A stretch of 64,000 nt of DNA from an uncultured delta proteobacterium (GCA_963699755.1 CAVOVB010000003.1:64001-128000), one strand, 5' to 3'. Shown: positions 41,253-51,215, counted from the stretch's first letter. Made by a program: numbers and translations. Notes: a model not told the origin generated them from the sequence alone.

Positions 41253-42233
41253 ATGAAGTACCCCATCCTCAAGTCAGTCGTTGTGCTCTGCCTTGCCCCT
41301 TTGCTGGCCCACTGCGCGAGCGTTCAGAACGACGTTTGCCCTGCCGGGGAACAGTTGGCCTCGAGCGGCGATACCTGCGAGCCGATCGAATGCAACGGGG
41401 GCGAGCTCGAGGGAGATCTGTGTGTCTGTCCAGGAGAACAGGTCCTCGACGAAGTGACCTGCAGAGATCCGAACGACCCCTGCATTGGCCTTGGATGCAA
41501 TGATGGCAACGGCTGTACCGCGGACAACTGCAACCAGGGCGCCTGCTCGTTCGATGCAGTGCCCGACGGCGAGCCTTGTAGTTTCGGAGATGTCTCCGGC
41601 GTTTGTCTAGCGGGCGCCTGCGACGACGACCCCTGCGCAAGCATCGACTGCGACGACGGAAACCAGTGCACGATCAACGCCACTTGCAACCCCAGCAATG
41701 CACGGTGCGAGGGCGTTCGAGACGCGGCCGATGGCACAGCTTGCGACTTCGGCGAGCTTCCTGGCACCTGCGTATCTGGAAGGTGCGAGGACGCGATGCT
41801 CTGTGCAGGCAAGGATTGCAATGATGACAATCCATGCACCGAAGATGTTTGCGACCGCTTCACTGGAGAGTGCGCGAACCCTGGCCTGGTGGAGCTGACC
41901 CCATGTGAGCTGGAGGGAGTGACCGGAGAATGCATGTCTGCAGTCTGCGTGGGGCTTTGCGAGGATGCGGCCACGCGATGCGATGACCGTAGCGCGTGCA
42001 CGACGGACAGCTGTGATCCGGAGACCGGTTGCGTGAACACCGACAACTGCAACGACGGCAACTCGTGCACGGAAGACGTTTGCACGTCGCCAGCCACTGG
42101 CGCTTGTGTGAACAACATCAGGCCAAACGGAACCAAATGCGCCATCTCTGGCTCCGTCCTGCTTCTTGGCGAGTGCCAGAACGGTGTCTGCAGGAGCATC
42201 ATCATCATCGATCCTCCGCCGATCTTTCCCTGA
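41253..42233 (+). CDS. Cys-rich repeat lipoprotein
   Basis: Lipobox LAHC; repeated C.DGN.CT.D.C units. Confidence 0.8.
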   Translation: MKYPILKSVVVLCLAPLLAHCASVQNDVCPAGEQLASSGDTCEPIECNGGELEGDLCVCPGEQVLDEVTCRDPNDPCIGLGCNDGNGCTADNCNQGACSFDAVPDGEPCSFGDVSGVCLAGACDDDPCASIDCDDGNQCTINATCNPSNARCEGVRDAADGTACDFGELPGTCVSGRCEDAMLCAGKDCNDDNPCTEDVCDRFTGECANPGLVELTPCELEGVTGECMSAVCVGLCEDAATRCDDRSACTTDSCDPETGCVNTDNCNDGNSCTEDVCTSPATGACVNNIRPNGTKCAISGSVLLLGECQNGVCRSIIIIDPPPIFP

Positions 42234-42274
42234 GTCAATGGCTTCTGCGTGAGGCTCCGGCGCCTGCCGGGCAG

Positions 42275-43663
42275 CTAGTTCGACTCGATCGCGCCGATGT
42301 CTGGGCCGGCGCCGCTTGGGCGAGGGTCGCCGTTGAAATCGACCTCAGGCGCCACCGCGACCTCGCCCGCGTCGATTGCTGGAGAGCCCTCGCTTAGCGT
42401 ATAGTCGCCCGCCCCGGCGTTGGTGAACATCGGATCACCGATGATGTTCCCAGGACCTGTCGACGTGATGTCGACGTCCGACAAGTTGTTCTTCGTGTCC
42501 GTACAGCCAATCAAGGTCTGGTCGTCGCCACTGGCCGGAAACTGGTTTCCAAAGATGATGTTGCTACTGACGACCGTGTCCAATGCGCATCCGATGATGC
42601 CGATGAAGTTCTCATTGACGGAGTTCCCGACGATCGTGTTGTAGCTGATCGTGGTGGTCGCCCCACTGTTCACCCGAATCGCGCCTTGGTATTCGCCAAG
42701 GTTGCTGTTGCCGATGATCAGATTGTTGCGGATGAGGCCCCCGCCGCTGATTCCGCCCCCGAAATTGCCGGCTATCGTGCTGCGCTCGATGACGGCAGCG
42801 GCGTCGAACGTCACGATCCCGAGGCCGCCGTTGTCGGACACGTTCGACTCGGTCACTGTGAGGTTCGAGCAACTGATGCCGTCCCCATCGTTGCGGTTGA
42901 ACGAGCTCCGGTGGACCGTGATTCGGCCGCTGCTGTCGCAGCTGAGGCCCCTGCCGGTCGATAGGTTGGTCACAGTCAGGCCATCGATCACGACATCGTC
43001 GTTGCCGGTAATCAAAACGCCGGGCTCGGTGCCGCTCGCAGCAGTGAGGTTGAGCGTGGCGCCTTCCCCAACCACGGTGACCGCCTTGTTCGCAATGGCG
43101 AGGCGCTGCATGTACTGACCGGGCAAGAGGCGGAGGTACGGCTTGGTGCCGCCGACGAGATTCACGGCGTCGGGCAAGAACGAGCAGGGGAACGAGCGGT
43201 TGCACATGCTGCCGCTTCCACTTGGCGATGCGTAGACCACGGACGCTTCTGCCACACAGGCGCCGGTCCCGATGTCGCACACCTCCGAGTCGCATTCGCT
43301 GTGCAGGTCGCAAGCCCGGCAGAGCAGGCTAGCCGCATCGCAGACCGGGGAGTTGGGCTCGTTGCAGTCATTGTTGTCGAAACACTCGACGCACCGGCCG
43401 GTCTCCGCGCAAATCGGAAACGATGAGTCCTTGGCGATACATTCGGTCGCACTCACACACGTTCGACACTCACCCTCGACACCACAGATCGGCGTAGACA
43501 CGCTGCATTCGGCATCGGACGTGCAATCGCCTCCGTTCGTCCCGCCGGAACCCCCTGAGCCACCCGGGTTCACCGCTTGCACCTCGGCACAGCCCATCGG
43601 GCTAGTCAGGACCAGGGCGAGCGCCGCGCAAGTCCATAGCCGAGGGACAGACACCATCTTCAT
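42275..43663 (-). CDS. Cys-rich lipoprotein with right-handed beta-helix and choice-of-anchor Q-like end
   Basis: PMGC lipobox-like; Cys repeats; beta-helix; SPAIDAG...D.NGDPR...PDIGAIE. Confidence 0.75.
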   Translation of the reverse strand: MKMVSVPRLWTCAALALVLTSPMGCAEVQAVNPGGSGGSGGTNGGDCTSDAECSVSTPICGVEGECRTCVSATECIAKDSSFPICAETGRCVECFDNNDCNEPNSPVCDAASLLCRACDLHSECDSEVCDIGTGACVAEASVVYASPSGSGSMCNRSFPCSFLPDAVNLVGGTKPYLRLLPGQYMQRLAIANKAVTVVGEGATLNLTAASGTEPGVLITGNDDVVIDGLTVTNLSTGRGLSCDSSGRITVHRSSFNRNDGDGISCSNLTVTESNVSDNGGLGIVTFDAAAVIERSTIAGNFGGGISGGGLIRNNLIIGNSNLGEYQGAIRVNSGATTTISYNTIVGNSVNENFIGIIGCALDTVVSSNIIFGNQFPASGDDQTLIGCTDTKNNLSDVDITSTGPGNIIGDPMFTNAGAGDYTLSEGSPAIDAGEVAVAPEVDFNGDPRPSGAGPDIGAIESN

Positions 43664-44127
43664 TGCAACCTCATCGCCTAAGAGAGTCTCTACTTCGATG
43701 GCTACTCTACAGGTCCGGAGGGCGCGTCTCCAATGATTTTGCAGATTGGGGCATTGAGGCAACCACCACCCACTACTGCGGCTCTAGCGGACTAGCCAAG
43801 CCAAAGACAGCCTGGTGGCAGCGATTTCATGATCGCAATCACCGGGGAGACCGAATCGTCGTCCCGGCCAAGGGCCCGATTTCTAGGCTCGAAGCTCGTG
43901 CTGAAGTCAACCGCGCGGCGCCCAAGTTCTTCAAGCAGCCCACCCTAGACCTGTGCTGGTAGGGGTCCCGAAGACGCTCCCAAACGCTCGGTCAACTCGA
44001 TGACTCGCGACAACCCGGTGTTTGGATACGGTGACGACCAAGCGTTACGGGATACCTGGGAAGCCCTGACTGACGACGTTGGTCGTCGCGTCAGCTCACC
44101 GTTCCACGAAATCACTATAGATTCTCA

Positions 44128-44144
44128 TTGGCACGAGTCATGCT
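44128..44144 (+). promoter_or_regulatory. Putative sigma54 promoter
   Basis: TTGGCACGAGTCATGCT, GG-N10-GC, upstream of AAGGAGG RBS. Confidence 0.7.
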
Positions 44145-44187
44145 TAGCTTCCTCGTACAGCAGCCGAATCGAAAGGAGGCTACAGGG

Positions 44188-45039
44188 ATGGCTCAGAGCT
44201 CAGCGGGAACTTCGATCAGCGCGTCCGTCGGTCGTGACGGACTGAACTTTCGCTGGGACGTGGAGGTGGTCCAGCGGCTGCTCAACGGAAATTCGGAAGT
44301 CCTGGTGCCCCTTCGTCGCTTGATCGTAGATGGGCACATGGGGCCGCGCACCGAGGAGGCCATCTTAGAGTTTCAACGTCGCGCCGTGAATCTGAGCCGA
44401 CCAGACGGACGCGTTGACCCAAACGGCCGCACGTTCCGCGCGCTCATCACAGGTGCACGTCGTGATGGGCCCACGATGAAGAGCGGCAGAGCCTGGGTCG
44501 ATTGGGCGAACCGGTACGCAAAAAAGAGCACCCGGGTAGATGACTTGGCAGAGCCATTTCGATCCAATGCCAGAGCATTCATCAAAGCCGTAGAAGAAGC
44601 CGGCGCCAAGGTGTCGATTCGAACGACCAAGCGCAGCGCCAAGCGAGCGTACCTGTTCCACTGGTCTTGGAAGATAGCCTTGGGGAAATGCAAACCCAGC
44701 GACGCGACGCCCAGGCCGGGAGTGCCCATCGCATGGGATCACGGCGACCTCGCGGCGAGCAGGCAAGGCGCCAAGGAGATGGTGCAGAAGTTTAGGCTTG
44801 CGATCCCTCCCAACAGCGATTTGCCACCCTCTCTATCGAGCAATCATATTCGAGGCACCGCGATCGACATGTACATCACCTGGTCAGGGGCGCTGAACGT
44901 GAAGAAGAAGAACGGCAAGGTTGTCCGGGTGAAGTACGGCCATCCGAATCGCAACAGGGCATTGCATGATGTGGCCAGGTCATACGGGGTAATCAAGAAC
45001 ACCAGAGATGCGCCGCACTGGTCGCACAACGGACGTTAG
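44188..45039 (+). CDS. Peptidoglycan-binding domain plus M15-like metallopeptidase
   Basis: VQRLLN..VDG.MGPRTEEAI.EFQ..PDGRVDP; SNHIRGTAID and DAPHWS; no signal peptide. Confidence 0.75.
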   Translation: MAQSSAGTSISASVGRDGLNFRWDVEVVQRLLNGNSEVLVPLRRLIVDGHMGPRTEEAILEFQRRAVNLSRPDGRVDPNGRTFRALITGARRDGPTMKSGRAWVDWANRYAKKSTRVDDLAEPFRSNARAFIKAVEEAGAKVSIRTTKRSAKRAYLFHWSWKIALGKCKPSDATPRPGVPIAWDHGDLAASRQGAKEMVQKFRLAIPPNSDLPPSLSSNHIRGTAIDMYITWSGALNVKKKNGKVVRVKYGHPNRNRALHDVARSYGVIKNTRDAPHWSHNGR

Positions 45040-45126
45040 GGCGGGCTGGCACCCATACATTGGCCCTGACGCGACTGGGTCTTTCCCAAACCCTGCGCGA
45101 CGGATACGCTCGACAAAGGAGCAGCC

Positions 45127-45627
45127 ATGACGATGACAGGATTCAATCACTCGGTGACTTGGCGAGAGTTTCGAACGGTGCCGACGAGGCAGGGGCGAGT
45201 CTCGGAGGACGCTTACATCAAGGCCAACAAGCGGGTCAGCTACGACTTCTCGGGCTCGGGTCGTAGCTACCGCGTCACGGGGGTGACGGCCGAGATCGTC
45301 GTGAATCGGTCGCAAAGTTGGGTGGTGCGAGGCGGTCAGAACGCCGACCTGTTGCGACACGAACAAGGCCACTTCGACATCACCGCTCTCGGGATGCGGG
45401 AAGAAGCCAATCGCATTGCCGCACTAACCGGCAGAAACGGCCGCGACCTCACACGCCAAGCCAACGCGATTCGCCGAGAGATCAACCGCAAGATCGCTGC
45501 CGCCAACAGGCGCTACGACGCTCGCACCAACCACAGCAGCAACAGAGCGGCGCAACAGCGTTGGTCGGCGAGTATTCGCAACGCGAAGTCGCGACCGGAT
45601 GGCACAATCAATAGTTTGCCGGGTTGA
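45127..45627 (+). CDS. DUF922-like putative zinc peptidase
   Basis: AAGGAG RBS; TWREF, SWV, LLRHEQGHFDI, YDARTNH. Confidence 0.75.
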   Translation: MTMTGFNHSVTWREFRTVPTRQGRVSEDAYIKANKRVSYDFSGSGRSYRVTGVTAEIVVNRSQSWVVRGGQNADLLRHEQGHFDITALGMREEANRIAALTGRNGRDLTRQANAIRREINRKIAAANRRYDARTNHSSNRAAQQRWSASIRNAKSRPDGTINSLPG

Positions 45628-45710
45628 TAAATTGACCGTGGGTCTTGTCGAAACATCACGGTGAAATAGAGCAATCCGCTTCGCTCCGCACCGAACCGAA
45701 GGAGGGTATC

Positions 45711-46220
45711 ATGGCTGTGAAACTGGTTGGATTTGACCACAAGGTCAGGTGGAGCGAGTTTGAACCGAGGTCGTCGACAGCGAAACCCACCGAGGCGGCC
45801 TATATCTTTGCAAAATTTCAGGTCCGCTACGGTTACGCCTACAATGACGACGAGGAAGGGAAGCATTGGGTCACATGGGTCCAAGCTACGGCCACCGTTG
45901 AACCCGAAAGCTGGGTGATTCGAGGCCAGGAAGACGACGAGCTCCTGCGCCACGAACAAGGCCATTTCGACATCGTGGCATTGTCTATGCGCGAGGCGGC
46001 CTACCTCACCAGCAAGCTCAAGGGCAACAGCGCGGGCGACCTCGAGAAACAGAAAACCGCGATCACAGCAAAGTTCGAAAAGAGCATGCAGGCTGTGAGT
46101 GCACGTTACGATGAGCAAACCGACCACAGCCGAAAAGCAGCCGCGCAGCGGCGCTGGCTTAGAAGCATTCGCAAAGCGAAGAAGAAGGCGACCGGAAGAC
46201 TCAGCGATTTGCCGGATTGA
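45711..46220 (+). CDS. DUF922-like putative zinc peptidase (tandem paralogue)
   Basis: AAGGAGG RBS; RWSEF, SWV, LLRHEQGHFDI, YDEQTDH. Confidence 0.75.
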   Translation: MAVKLVGFDHKVRWSEFEPRSSTAKPTEAAYIFAKFQVRYGYAYNDDEEGKHWVTWVQATATVEPESWVIRGQEDDELLRHEQGHFDIVALSMREAAYLTSKLKGNSAGDLEKQKTAITAKFEKSMQAVSARYDEQTDHSRKAAAQRRWLRSIRKAKKKATGRLSDLPD

Positions 46221-46270
46221 GCGCGTCCCTCAGACGGATCAATTCAATCCCGCCTCCCCGCCGCCGCCCT

Positions 46271-46290
46271 GAACCTTCCCACGTTGAAAT
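46271..46290 (-). repeat. 20-bp dispersed motif (REP-like), exact inverted match to 49305-49324
   Basis: GAACCTTCCCACGTTGAAAT. Confidence 0.85.
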
Positions 46291-46300
46291 CCCGCCCCGG

Positions 46301-46640
46301 CACATGGTGGTGACGGATGTTCGCTGCGTGCTTCCCGACTTCATGATGGGCTTGGACCGGAGCTTGGCGATGTGCATCAAGGAGCTCCGAGACTGGGACG
46401 AGGTGGTGTGGGAGCCCAACGTTCAGTACGTCGCCGTCGAGCTCGGCGGTCCTTTGGAAATCCTCGACAAGGCTGCTTCTACCGTCCTCAACCCCGTAAG
46501 TAGGTGCAGGCCTGGTACGCACGCCTGAGCGCTGGCCCGGTGTGCTGAGCGCGCTCGGGCAACTTCGACAGGGGACGCTTACTGCCAAGCGAACTCGGGT
46601 GTGGTTCAAGGACAAGGCGCCGACGAAGGTGACGCTCTGA
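46301..46640 (+). pseudogene. RAYT/Y1 (HUH) transposase remnant, central part
   Basis: HMVVTD...LPDFM...VVWE...ILDKAASTVLNPV, then a frameshift to AGLVRTPERWPG. Confidence 0.65.
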
Positions 46641-46701
46641 TAGACCATGCCTTTGGCATTGAGGGTGTCGTCGGTGATTCGGTGATCCAGCCCCAGGGGC
46701 G

Positions 46702-46953
46702 ATGCAAGCCTTCGGGCTCCAGCTCCGCGGGGCCGACCTGGTCGTCATGATTCCCCAAATCACCAGCGGGCCCCAAGTGCTCCGGTTCCGACGAGGTGGC
46801 GCTGGTATCGCTTCCGCCCCGGGACAGCCGAGTTACCAGGACGGCGGTTACCCACCGCAAGGTGGCCGAGGCGGCATCGTTCTCCCCGACAACGACCCCA
46901 ATCCGGCGAACGACCCCTTCTTGCCGGGCGGCGACAGCTTCGAGTTCGACTGA
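46702..46953 (+). other. Short ORF, possibly the 3' remnant of an unknown gene
   Basis: Coding-like composition, no clear RBS or family motif. Confidence 0.3.
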
Positions 46954-47024
46954 CACGCCGTAGCCCTTTCTCAAATCCCGCGGGTCGGCTCAGATCTTCG
47001 TAACGCCGTCCGAGGGCGACCTAG

Positions 47025-48380
47025 TTACTGAGGCTGCACCTCGAACGCTCCCACGTCGCACATCGATGTTTCTCCTGCAGGGCGCCGTCTTCCACGCTGG
47101 TCGGTCGTGAGCGGTGCTCCATCCGCATCGACACACACCGATTCCGCGATTCGGTCGATGGCCTCACTGCCGGCGAGAAGCGCATGAGTCTTTGTGAGCC
47201 CCCCGTTGTTCGCTAGCTCTCCAAGTGCCAAGGCGGTCGTGCTCACGTCGAACCGATCGCCCTTGGCACCATCCAGGCCACAGGTGTTGCGAGGGCTCTC
47301 GATATTGCCGCCGCCCGAGGTCACACGGCCTGCCCCGGTACATGCAGTGTAAATCTCGTCGTCCCGGGCGACGATCAAGCTATTCGACACGATCAGAAGT
47401 GCGTTCTCCTTGATGTCAATCGTCGAGAAACCGACTCCCATGGCTACCGTGGAATTGATCAAGGTCAACGTCCCGCTGGACTGCGTGATTGCCGAGTTGT
47501 TCGACGCGTTGTTCCCCGAAACCGTGCTGTTTATCAGGGTCGCCGTCCCAACATTGAACACGCCAGCGCTCTGCGAGCTGTTCTCGGTAACCGCGCTGGT
47601 GATCATGATCATCGTCCCGTAGTTGCTGATCGCATGTGGGCTAGACCCGCCGTTGCTCGACACGGCGGTGTCGATCAAGGTCAACTCACCTGTGCTGTAG
47701 ATGCCGCTGCCGTCTGCGTTGTCGACGCCGCCGTTCTCCGAGACCCTGCTTCGGTTCAACGTCAATGCACCGGTGGTGTAGATGCCAGCTCCGAGGTAGG
47801 CGCTGCTGTCCCGCACGGTGCTGTCGGTCAGGATCAACGTCCCGTCGCTGAAGATACCGCCTCCTTTTTCGTCTTCCTCCACAAGACCACCCGCGATCGT
47901 GATCTGGTGCAGTTCCACCGTGACGCCTAGCGCAACAGAAAACACCCGATGGGCGCTGCCGGCATCCACGATGAAATCGCCCAGGCCGTAGATCTTGACG
48001 TCGTTGCCGATGACGATCTCCTGGGTTGTCATCACTGGGTCGGAACCGACGCAGTTGATGGCATAGGGGCCCCCACCTGCATCAATGGCCTGGACGAGGG
48101 CAGCCTCGGTGCAGGGTACGAGCTCGGCGCACTCGCCTCCTTTGCACACGCCATCGGTGCACGGCTCGTCATCGCTAAGCGGCGTGAACTCGCACACACT
48201 GTCCGCTGTGCAGTTGTTCTCGGTGCACTCGTTGCCGTCATCGCAACTCTCGTCGCTGTCGCACTCGGGTCCCCCGCCGACTCCACCAGAGCCACCCCCG
48301 TTCGCAATGACATTGGCACATCCGACCACGCCCAGTGAGGACAAGGCCACAAGACATACGAATCTAACCAGGTAGTGCAT
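47025..48380 (-). CDS. Beta-helix lipoprotein with choice-of-anchor Q-like C-terminus (paralogue of 9918-11414)
   Basis: Lipobox VVGC; HRVFSV, NIESP.NTCG, NGG.TKTHAL, DQRG, CDVGAFEVQP shared with 9918-11414. Confidence 0.8.
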   Translation of the reverse strand: MHYLVRFVCLVALSSLGVVGCANVIANGGGSGGVGGGPECDSDESCDDGNECTENNCTADSVCEFTPLSDDEPCTDGVCKGGECAELVPCTEAALVQAIDAGGGPYAINCVGSDPVMTTQEIVIGNDVKIYGLGDFIVDAGSAHRVFSVALGVTVELHQITIAGGLVEEDEKGGGIFSDGTLILTDSTVRDSSAYLGAGIYTTGALTLNRSRVSENGGVDNADGSGIYSTGELTLIDTAVSSNGGSSPHAISNYGTMIMITSAVTENSSQSAGVFNVGTATLINSTVSGNNASNNSAITQSSGTLTLINSTVAMGVGFSTIDIKENALLIVSNSLIVARDDEIYTACTGAGRVTSGGGNIESPRNTCGLDGAKGDRFDVSTTALALGELANNGGLTKTHALLAGSEAIDRIAESVCVDADGAPLTTDQRGRRRPAGETSMCDVGAFEVQPQ

Positions 48381-48473
48381 GAGAAACGCTCCAAGCCGGA
48401 TGCCGGTCTAAATACCTGCGGACCGTATCACGGATCGCAAATCCGGTAGAAAAGCCCCACCCTGTATGACCCC

Positions 48474-48493
48474 GAACTTGGCCACGTTGAAAC
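48474..48493 (-). repeat. Degenerate copy of the 20-bp motif
   Basis: GAACTTGGCCACGTTGAAAC, 16/20 to 46271-46290. Confidence 0.6.
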
Positions 48494-48528
48494 CCGGAGG
48501 AAACGCGTCCCAGGTTCGAACGGAGGCA

Positions 48529-48970
48529 ATGCGCGGCACGATCGAGGTTGAGCGCCCCCGTTCTGGTTCAAGGAGCACGCGCCAGAGAAGGGAGCCTTGT
48601 GCTCAGTGTTCCGCCGCACGTATTGGATCGAGGTGGCTACCTTCCGGCGCTCCAGGCGCTGCTCGGACGTCGCCTTTCCGAGGTGCGCGCCGAGCTCCGT
48701 CGCCAAGGGCGGGGATACCTCGGCCGCGTCCGTGTGCGCAAGACCCGGGCGACCGATCGGCCCACGACGAAGAAGCTGCGGTGCGGGCTCAGCCCGACGT
48801 TTTCTGAGGTGACCTGTGCGGCGTGGCTCGCCACGGTCAAGCAGCTCCGTGCCTTCCGTCGGGCGTATCGCGTGGTGTACCAAGTGTGGCGCAGCGGGGA
48901 CCGAAGCGTAGAGTTCCCGATGGGCACCTGGTGGGTCGTGCGACACGCCGGGGCTGCTGCGGCGACGTAG
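48529..48970 (+). pseudogene. RAYT-like transposase remnant, C-terminal part
   Basis: Frameshifted RGTIEVERP/WFKEHAPEK parallels QGTLTAKRTRVWFKDKAPTK of the first remnant; ends FRRAYR...WRSGDRSVEFPMGTWWVVRH. Confidence 0.55.
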
Positions 48971-49176
48971 CGAGGGGAAAGCCACACTTCAAGCTCGCGC
49001 GTCGGTTCTCATCAGACCGAGGAGCAAAGGTGCGACCCGAACGGTGCAAGTGCGCCAAGTGACAAGCTGCCGATGACCGATGGGCAAGACGAAGTGCCCG
49101 GGTCACACAAAGGCGTTGCCCGTTTGCGTCGAACGGGATGGAGGGGATGCCGGACGAGAACTCGGTTCGAGTTCGC

Positions 49177-49328
49177 ACGTGGGAAGCTTTGCGCGCCGGC
49201 AGCCTCACGACGCCGAGTCGCCGCCTCCCGAGCACCTCCGCACCATTTCAATGTGGGGGGGTCGGATTGGAAGGTTGGGGTTCGGAAAGGTTCGGCTTCG
49301 CACCATTTCAACGTGGGAAGGTTCGCGC
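49177..49328 (+). repeat. Repeat cluster A (three motif copies, ~85-bp unit)
   Basis: ACGTGGGAAG...CGACGCCGAGTCGCCGCCT...GCACCATTTCAA; CGCACCATTTCAA occurs twice. Confidence 0.8.
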
Positions 49329-49432
49329 GGTCCCACAAAGTGCGATGGGCGGCTTGGCATGCTTGACTTTCACGCTCGTCTTTGAGTTGATCTGCCCTTC
49401 GCAGAGTTGCGGAACGAAACCTGATAAAGATC

Positions 49433-50098
49433 TTGAACCTCCACGCCGCGTGCGCTTTGGTGCTCGCCTTGTTGCTGAGTAGTTGCGCAAATGTCGAACA
49501 GCCCGCAGGCAGCGGAGGGATCGGCGGGAACGGCAGCGGCGGGTCGGGCGGCGCCGGCGGTACAGCTGGGGCCGGCGGTTCGGCGCAAGCGTGCGGTTCT
49601 CCGTCCGCTGCTTTTGCGGTGTGTGGATCCATCACAAGTCAGGCTCCGCCTGATGGTTCTCGCGTGCTCGTCATTTGGGCCGTCGAGCCCTCGGGGTACA
49701 AGTTTGGAGAGGGGACAACATCGGGTGACCAGTACGTCGTCGAGTTCGAGTCCGCTCCGTCCGCGGAGGCCCTGTTCAACGGGATTCTCGGCATTGGCAT
49801 CGTTCTGGTCGTACCCCCCGAACTAGGCGATCTTCCCGATGGCCCGCTCGAGCAAGGCTTGGACCCCTTGAGCGAGAATTGGACCGCGCTTGGAATGACC
49901 GACGCCATCATCTATCGGACCAGTGGATCGTTAGGAGACTGGGATCTCGCCTTCCCGCCAAACGACTACGCCTGCGGGGCATGCATATTCCTCGAACAAG
50001 GCTTCGATGAGTTCGCGCCTTTCAGTTGCGAAGATGGGTTGGATCTCCAGGGCTCCTCAAATCCGGGCGATCTGGTGTACATGTGCAACTTCACCTAA
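49433..50098 (+). CDS. Uncharacterised lipoprotein between repeat clusters
   Basis: Lipobox LSSC, Gly linker, globular domain with Cys residues. Confidence 0.7.
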   Translation: MNLHAACALVLALLLSSCANVEQPAGSGGIGGNGSGGSGGAGGTAGAGGSAQACGSPSAAFAVCGSITSQAPPDGSRVLVIWAVEPSGYKFGEGTTSGDQYVVEFESAPSAEALFNGILGIGIVLVVPPELGDLPDGPLEQGLDPLSENWTALGMTDAIIYRTSGSLGDWDLAFPPNDYACGACIFLEQGFDEFAPFSCEDGLDLQGSSNPGDLVYMCNFT

Positions 50099-50180
50099 GC
50101 CCGGGTAGATGTGAGGCGACCACATGGTCCGCTTCCCCGAAGGCAAGTAACGTCGATGTGGCGGAGATTTCCAGGCGGAC

Positions 50181-50393
50181 TTTTCCCACGCTCGAATTGC
50201 GGGAAGTCAACGTGCCGACGTGCTCAGCGGCAGAAACTCACGGGCTCTTACTGGGTTCGAATTGTGAAAACGCTGCGGTGACGGTTTTCCCACGTTCAAA
50301 TTGCGCCGACGTGGGAAGATTCGCGGCTCCCCGACGCCGAGTCGCCGCCTGCCGACCGCCTCCCGCACCGTTTCAACCTGGGAAGGTTCGCGG
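50181..50393 (+). repeat. Repeat cluster B (direct repeat of A plus inverted motif copies)
   Basis: TTTTCCCACG twice, then ACGTGGGAAG...CGACGCCGAGTCGCCGCCT...GCACCGTTTCAACCTGGGAAGGTTCGCG. Confidence 0.8.
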
Positions 50394-50465
50394 CTAAGAT
50401 GCGTGTCGCCAGCCGCGTATGGGTCGTGGTCGTGGACGCGCGATTTCCGGCCGTAACAGGTGAGA

Positions 50466-51215
50466 CTATTTGCCGTGCTCCCAATCGTCGATCTTCACCT
50501 CGATCGGAGTGCTGTCCGCGATTTCACCCAGGATTCGCCGCAGCGCAGCGAGATTGGAGCCTCCAAGACGGAAGAAGAACAAGCCTTTGTCTGTCGCGTT
50601 TGGGGGCATCGTGCAGACTAGCGTTGTGTCTCTAGTCTCCATCACTTTGCAGTAGCGCTGCGAAGCAACTGGAGGTGTGAACCCGAGACTTGCTAAGGCA
50701 GCATCCAGCTGGCTGGAAACGGTGTCTTCATTTCCGCGAAATTCGCCTTCGCAATAATGAGAGGCAGCGACCACGCTGAAGACGAGCGCCGCCGAATAGG
50801 CGATCTCTTCACGCAGCGTCTCGAACAACGGATCAGCCTCGGTATCGTCCAGCGGTCCCACGAGCACCAAAGCATCATCACGGACAGGTTTGTCGAGGTC
50901 GTAGTACCGCGCCGTCGGCGCAAACTCGTCGTCAGACGCCGCGATCAGAAAGAGCCCCGGGGGCGTCTCGACTTGGCTCTCATGGGCTTCCATCACTTGT
51001 CGCAGGTTGAAGCCGTCGAGCATCGTGTCTAGCGGACCGAGATCGTGACCCATCGTGCGCAGGAACCATAGATAGAAGCCTGGCAGTCGCCCACCTGACA
51101 GTCGGTCTAGTCGCTGAATCTCGTCTTCGCTGGCGCCCACGCACCGACGCGGAAAGCCGGGCACCACGCGACTCAGGAACGCTTGAATTTCGCCCTCTGG
51201 ATCTTGCAATGACAT
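50466..51215 (-). CDS. SMI1/KNR4 (SUKH) immunity protein
   Basis: GASEDEIQRL...LPGFYLWFLRTMG; directly downstream of the PAAR-like toxin. Confidence 0.75.
   Translation of the reverse strand: MSLQDPEGEIQAFLSRVVPGFPRRCVGASEDEIQRLDRLSGGRLPGFYLWFLRTMGHDLGPLDTMLDGFNLRQVMEAHESQVETPPGLFLIAASDDEFAPTARYYDLDKPVRDDALVLVGPLDDTEADPLFETLREEIAYSAALVFSVVAASHYCEGEFRGNEDTVSSQLDAALASLGFTPPVASQRYCKVMETRDTTLVCTMPPNATDKGLFFFRLGGSNLAALRRILGEIADSTPIEVKIDDWEHGK

Noticed and set aside
43700..44120. Intergenic stretch with short ORFs
   Set aside because: No recognisable motif, RBS or RNA structure that I can support.
49177..50393. CRISPR array or integron attC sites
   Set aside because: Copies are degenerate, irregularly spaced and in both orientations; no cas gene or integrase, and no clear RYYYAAC/GTTRRRY pairing.
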